Of a stretch of DNA of 32,000 nt, positions 27,935 to 32,000 are shown piece after piece. The notes beneath the pieces are model-generated. The model was not told the origin of the DNA and ran no database searches. It was given only the letters and a program-made list of their open reading frames with translations. Made by a program: the position numbers and the translations under genes. This DNA comes from Fibrobacter succinogenes subsp. succinogenes S85 (GTDB lineage: Bacteria > Fibrobacterota > Fibrobacteria > Fibrobacterales > Fibrobacteraceae). Numbering within the stretch: the first letter of the stretch is position 1; every line of letters starts with the position of its first letter. The stretch lies in NCBI RefSeq assembly GCF_000146505.1, contig NC_017448.1, positions 60,001 to 92,000 of the forward strand, in the 5' to 3' direction.

Positions 27935-30214
27935 TTATCTGAACTGCGCCGTGATGGTCGTACCCGCTGTCGGCGTAACCTTGTGCGGGTTTTCGGTCGA
28001 ACCGTCGGACCATCCCGTGAATACGGCACCTGCGCTAGCGACTGCCGTCAATTGCAATTCGTTGTTCGTAAAGAATTTGCATTGGTAGTTGTTGCTCGGG
28101 AGCTTCATGCCGTCAACCTGAACGGAGCCGTTTCCGCTTGCGCCGATGGTCACTGTGACTTCGTCTTCGAGGTCAAAGCGTTCAACCATTTCTTGCTTGA
28201 GCTTTTCACCGCGATTCTTGGCGAAAGCGATAAGCGTGTTGCCTGTCGGATCCCACTTGAAGTTGCTCTGGTTACGCGGCCAGCGCTGTTCGTCGCGCTG
28301 CTGTTCCGAAGATGGAATCGTTGCCATCATGGACTGCACTGTGCTCTGCACCTTTTCGTAGGCCAAGTAGCTGTTGAGGAGAATGCAAGCGTTGTTGATG
28401 AAGAGTCGCTTGAAGTCCGGATTCTCAAGGAGTTTTTTGAGCATTCCGCCCGGAGCCCTGCTGTCAACAGAAGTTCCGCCAAAACCGCCTCCAAAGCCGC
28501 CACCGAAGCCGCCCCACATGCCGCCATTGTTTCCGCCCTGATTGCTCGTCTGTTTTGCGCCAAGCACCCAGGTGAACATGTTTTCGTTTTCTTCGTCAAA
28601 GCCGCTGATGCCCGGCGTGAATCCAAAGCCGTGGTCGGTATCGAATGCGACAAACTTGAACGGATGACCGTTGCCGCCCCAGGCGCGCACGTTGTTGTTC
28701 GGCCAGTCGCCATTGTGGTAGTACATTTCGGCGAACATGTATTGCGCAAAGCTATTGACGTTGATTTTGCTCTTAATCTGTTCGTACTGTGCGTTATTTT
28801 CGCCTGCAAAATTGGCACTGGAAATGCTATTTACAAGTTGTTTGTAATCTTCCGTCGATGCGCCGTTTGTACCGCTAGCTTCGTAGCTGGAACCGGTGAT
28901 TTTAATCATGTTGATGGACTTGGAATCAATGCCGTAATTTGTTTCGACATAGCTCCTGTTCAGGCGTTCGCGCATATCGTGGATGCCGAAGTATTCACCG
29001 TTGTAGAACACGACGACCTGGCGGCTACGCTGGTAATCGACTTCTGTACCTTCCATGAGCGAGGTCATCATGGCATCGCCAACATAGTCCGTCCAGAAAC
29101 GGTTTCCGTTGTTGCGCAAGTTGAAGCTCTTGAATTTCTTGGCTTCGGGGCGCGTTTTGAACAAAGAATATTTGAGTGTCTTGTCGCCGTAATTGTCGTT
29201 ATCCATTTTGATGGCAACGCTCTTCTTGGGCTTGTAACGGCTGTAATTTCCGATGATAGAAATACCTGCGTCAATTTCCCAAGTCTTTTCTGTGGTGGAA
29301 CTTCCTTTTTCGAAGTATTCCACATGGACGGGGAGCTCTGTATCTTTCCAAAAATTCGCCTGCTTGCAAGGCTCGGTGCATTTCGGGTTGTTGTTGTCGG
29401 TAACGTTTGCGCCGCCGCCAAAGTCCCACATGCCGCCACCCATGCCACCGCCAGTGAGGTTTCCGGTAGCGTAGAGACCGTCGGTGGAGTCGAACATATC
29501 GTGGTGATTTACCGTGAGGGCTACCACCGGCATCGAGACGCTTTCGTTAATGAAATATGTTTGCGTTGTAGTATCGGCGGCCATGCCGTTTACAAATTCA
29601 GAACAACGTACAACCGAGTTCTCGGTGATTTGCTTTGCCACTGTGATTTGCTCGGAAGAGACCGTCGGGAAGGAACCGTCAAATGTGCAACGGATTTCGC
29701 CACCTTTTTGCGGTGTGAGCGGTTCAATCGTTAAACTTCTGTAGAAGCCCGCTTTCGGGAGGAATGTGGCTTTTGCCTTGTGATTGTCATCGTATTCAGC
29801 AAGCCCGCTAGACGAAGAAAAACTTGTCGAGATGGTGGAGCTCGAAATAGCGATAGCGCTCGATGAAAGTGCCGGAATTTGGGCGGGTGTTGAACTGCTT
29901 GCCGGTGCTACCGCAGAGCTCGAAAGCGGAGCGGGCGAGGAGGAACTTTCAGGAGCTTCTGCGCTCGTGTCGGCGCTTGAGTTTGTGTCCGCGCTAGAAT
30001 TCGCATTGGAATCCGCGCTGCCCGAAGCGGGCGCTTCTTGTTTTGCAGATGAAGAAGATTCTTCAGACTCGACAGATGAAGACGATTCTTCCGTAGAAGA
30101 CTCTTCTTCGCCGATTTCAGGCGCAATAGAATCAAATGCAGCCGAATTGTCGTCTGCACACCCATAAAAACATGTACCCGCAATAGCGAGTGACCAAACC
30201 AACAGTTTTTTCAT
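27935..30214 (-). CDS. CotH-family secreted lipoprotein with a chitobiase-C-like domain and a C-terminal InlB-B-repeat-like domain
   Basis: The start MKKLLVWSLAIAGTCFYGC is a lipoprotein signal, followed by a Ser-rich linker. GGEIRCTFDGSFPTVSS resembles chitobiase/hexosaminidase C-terminal domains. CotH-like blocks are FNLRNNGNRFWTDYVGDAM, VVFYNGEYFGIHDMRERL, FAEMYYHNGDWPNNNVRAW and FVAFDTDHGFG. The C-terminal AGAVFTGWSDGS is typical of InlB B-repeat modules. Confidence 0.7.
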   Translation of the reverse strand: MKKLLVWSLAIAGTCFYGCADDNSAAFDSIAPEIGEEESSTEESSSSVESEESSSSAKQEAPASGSADSNANSSADTNSSADTSAEAPESSSSPAPLSSSAVAPASSSTPAQIPALSSSAIAISSSTISTSFSSSSGLAEYDDNHKAKATFLPKAGFYRSLTIEPLTPQKGGEIRCTFDGSFPTVSSEQITVAKQITENSVVRCSEFVNGMAADTTTQTYFINESVSMPVVALTVNHHDMFDSTDGLYATGNLTGGGMGGGMWDFGGGANVTDNNNPKCTEPCKQANFWKDTELPVHVEYFEKGSSTTEKTWEIDAGISIIGNYSRYKPKKSVAIKMDNDNYGDKTLKYSLFKTRPEAKKFKSFNLRNNGNRFWTDYVGDAMMTSLMEGTEVDYQRSRQVVVFYNGEYFGIHDMRERLNRSYVETNYGIDSKSINMIKITGSSYEASGTNGASTEDYKQLVNSISSANFAGENNAQYEQIKSKINVNSFAQYMFAEMYYHNGDWPNNNVRAWGGNGHPFKFVAFDTDHGFGFTPGISGFDEENENMFTWVLGAKQTSNQGGNNGGMWGGFGGGFGGGFGGTSVDSRAPGGMLKKLLENPDFKRLFINNACILLNSYLAYEKVQSTVQSMMATIPSSEQQRDEQRWPRNQSNFKWDPTGNTLIAFAKNRGEKLKQEMVERFDLEDEVTVTIGASGNGSVQVDGMKLPSNNYQCKFFTNNELQLTAVASAGAVFTGWSDGSTENPHKVTPTAGTTITAQFR

Positions 30215-30411
30215 TATTATCTCATCCCTTGAAAAAACTAAACCCACACGTTCTATAATGGAATATATAGCGGTTTTCTATATAATAGACCGCTTTTATT
30301 TGTTTTTTTTATTTACTGTTGTAAACGTTGAGAAGTTTTTTAGGGGGATGGGGCGAAATGGCACAAAAAAAAGGAATTTGTGACTAATTTGTGCTGTTAT
30401 TTTTCTGTCAT

Positions 30412-31248
30412 TTATTTATGCATGAAGAAGACCGTGGCGTGGTCGCCGTAGCCTTTTTTGTTTGCTTCGGCCATTTTTTTATCGATGTCGATGATTTCGC
30501 TTTTGGTGAAATACTTGAAAATTTCCTTCGGGTCCTGCTTCCAGAACGTGATGCCCTTGGTGTACAGGTAGCTCCTCAAAATGGCAGAGTTGTTGGAGTC
30601 GAAAATCATCTGCACAATCTTGAAGCCGTGCTGGTTGGCGAGTAGTTTTAGGCTGTTGATGGAGTGCAAAAAGATGTGGCGCGGGGCGTCGAGCTGGTAC
30701 CAGTTCTCTTTGTATTTTTCAAACGCAATATTGGGGTAGATGGGGAGTGTCATCTTGATGGTTCCGCCATTTGCCAAAAGGCGCTTGAGGATGTCCATGG
30801 TCTCGTGCGGGTCGGTCATGTGTTCGAACGAATCGTTGAGCATGATGACGTCGAATTCGCCCGTCATTTCGTGGACTGTCTTCTTGAAAATTTGAACGCC
30901 GTTTTCGTACGAGATATCTTTCTCGATGAACGGGTCGCAACCGATGAGGCTCTCGATGCCTGATGTTGCCGCCATGCTACAGAGCAATGCGCCTGCGCCA
31001 CAACCTACGTCAAGTACGCGTTTGTTGTACTGCGTCTTTGCGCGGGTGACGGTGTCGGCGGGCTTGTTGTAACTGTAGTAATTGGGGCCGTAGTATTCAC
31101 TCAAGTTTTCGGGAACGCTATTGATTTGCAAACACTTGCAGTGCGGGCATTCAAAATATTCAAAATGCCCTGCGTTTAAGTACATCATTTCCTTAGCAAA
31201 GTAAGATTTCGCTTCGGATGTTTCGCCACAAATTCTGCAAGTTTTCAT
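30412..31248 (-). CDS. Class I SAM-dependent methyltransferase with an N-terminal Cys4 zinc ribbon
   Basis: The ribbon is MKTCRICGE...CPHCKC, followed by the SAM motif I VLDVGCGAGALL. The start ATG at 31248 overlaps the upstream stop (ATGA). Confidence 0.8.
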   Translation of the reverse strand: MKTCRICGETSEAKSYFAKEMMYLNAGHFEYFECPHCKCLQINSVPENLSEYYGPNYYSYNKPADTVTRAKTQYNKRVLDVGCGAGALLCSMAATSGIESLIGCDPFIEKDISYENGVQIFKKTVHEMTGEFDVIMLNDSFEHMTDPHETMDILKRLLANGGTIKMTLPIYPNIAFEKYKENWYQLDAPRHIFLHSINSLKLLANQHGFKIVQMIFDSNNSAILRSYLYTKGITFWKQDPKEIFKYFTKSEIIDIDKKMAEANKKGYGDHATVFFMHK

Positions 31249-31766
31249 AAAAGTCCCCAAATGATAAGTCCAACGCCAATAAGGCCAAGAATGCTTATGA
31301 TGAACCAAAAATCCCGAGGGTGGTCTTCTCTTGTTCTTACTGCAGTCAAATCTCTTACGTACAGTCTTATTTGACCATCAAACAGACAGCCTAGTACAAA
31401 TACTAAAAGGCCTAGTCCACATGTAATAAAATTAAAGGGTGTGTACTGATTTGATGTATTGTCAGAGAATCCAATGCCTACAAAAATTAAGACCAAACCT
31501 CCGATTTTGAATGTAAAAGAACCAAGAGTTGTTTTATTTAGATATTTCTCGTTGAGTTTTTGGCTGTATTGCGGCATTGGCAAAATAGAATCTTTGTCGC
31601 CGGTGAGTTCTATAATGCGTTTCTCGATAATTCTGATTCGTTCTGGAGAATCGTCTGCTTGAAAGCCATGATCACGAATTTGGCTTAAAATATCGTAGAG
31701 CTCCTCGACGGGGAGCTCACGAATTTTTTTTTCGTAATCTTTGAGATATTCTTCAGAAAACGCCAT
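31245..31766 (-). CDS. Hypothetical membrane protein (soluble helical N-domain + 3 TM helices)
   Basis: 173-aa ORF translationally coupled to the methyltransferase. Hydrophobic segments are LVLIFVGIGF, ITCGLGLLVFVLGCLF and FIISILGLIGVGLIIWGLL. I recognise no family. Confidence 0.6.
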   Translation of the reverse strand: MAFSEEYLKDYEKKIRELPVEELYDILSQIRDHGFQADDSPERIRIIEKRIIELTGDKDSILPMPQYSQKLNEKYLNKTTLGSFTFKIGGLVLIFVGIGFSDNTSNQYTPFNFITCGLGLLVFVLGCLFDGQIRLYVRDLTAVRTREDHPRDFWFIISILGLIGVGLIIWGLL

Positions 31767-31839
31767 GTGCAGAATATACTAAAGAAATGACGTGCCGAAA
31801 CCCGTCATTGTGATTTTATTTGAGTGTAATGGAATTTTT

Positions 31840-32000
31840 TTAGCAGAAGAAATCTTTCCAGATTTGATTGCCGAGTTCATTTAGGCGAATCTGGACTTTT
31901 TCAATTTGTTCGTGAAGCCCCTGGTCGATGATTTCTTCGATGGTCGTGAACGCGATGTCGGAACGCAGCTTGCCCAGGAGGCGGATGGATTCTGCCTTGC
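31840..32000 (-). CDS. 3' end of a CDS truncated by the window edge (unknown product)
   Basis: The open frame runs to the window end and reads ...KAESIRLLGKLRSDIAFTTIEEIIDQGLHEQIEKVQIRLNELGNQIWKDFFC*. The hairpin AATGACG..CGTCATT (31786-31809) follows on the minus strand. Confidence 0.45.
   Translation of the reverse strand, partial: KAESIRLLGKLRSDIAFTTIEEIIDQGLHEQIEKVQIRLNELGNQIWKDFFC

Noticed and set aside
27085-31766. A complete genomic island or prophage at tRNA-Pro
   Set aside because: No integrase, recombinase, phage structural or transfer genes are visible. The CotH-like gene has host-like composition and Fibrobacter-style lipoprotein features, and only the first gene (27189-27875) looks foreign.

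Overview
Gene-dense 32 kb chromosomal window. I infer a Fibrobacter-like (FCB group) genome from four signals. These are a lipoprotein ending in the 'Fibrobacter succinogenes major paralogous domain', Ser-rich lipoprotein linkers, a lexA gene preceded by TGCCCAGTTGTGCA, and recurrent Bacteroidetes-style TAnnTTTG promoter elements. I call 26 CDS (one truncated by the window edge) and one tRNA-Pro(TGG). Ordinary genes: IMPase-family phosphatase, acyl-CoA carboxyltransferase, fabD, gdhA, tatD, greA, lepA-lepB, cyclophilin PPIase, lexA and a PAS/GGDEF/EAL protein. Best candidates for something new: (1) A tightly coupled six-gene operon (6269-11756) encodes a dedicated ACP, a single-chain KS fused to a catalytically dead KS-like (CLF-like) half, KR, DH, a PlsC-type acyltransferase and a patatin lipase. 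It diverges from fabD plus a carboxyltransferase. This is a self-contained type II FAS/PKS-like lipid cassette with no enoyl reductase, thioesterase or starter KS. (2) tRNA-Pro is followed by about 330 nt of back-to-back stem-loops carrying four degenerate copies of the tRNA 3' end, then an AT-rich orphan membrane-protein gene. (3) Several families of short hairpin and heptamer repeats sit at gene boundaries; one hairpin family also occurs twice in frame inside a lipoprotein CDS. (4) Unusual fusions: DUF2062-DUF1015, and a histone-H1-like AKP repeat joined to a DksA/TraR-spaced zinc finger. I saw no CRISPR array, integrase, transposase or rRNA. All homology calls come from motif recognition by eye, not from searches.
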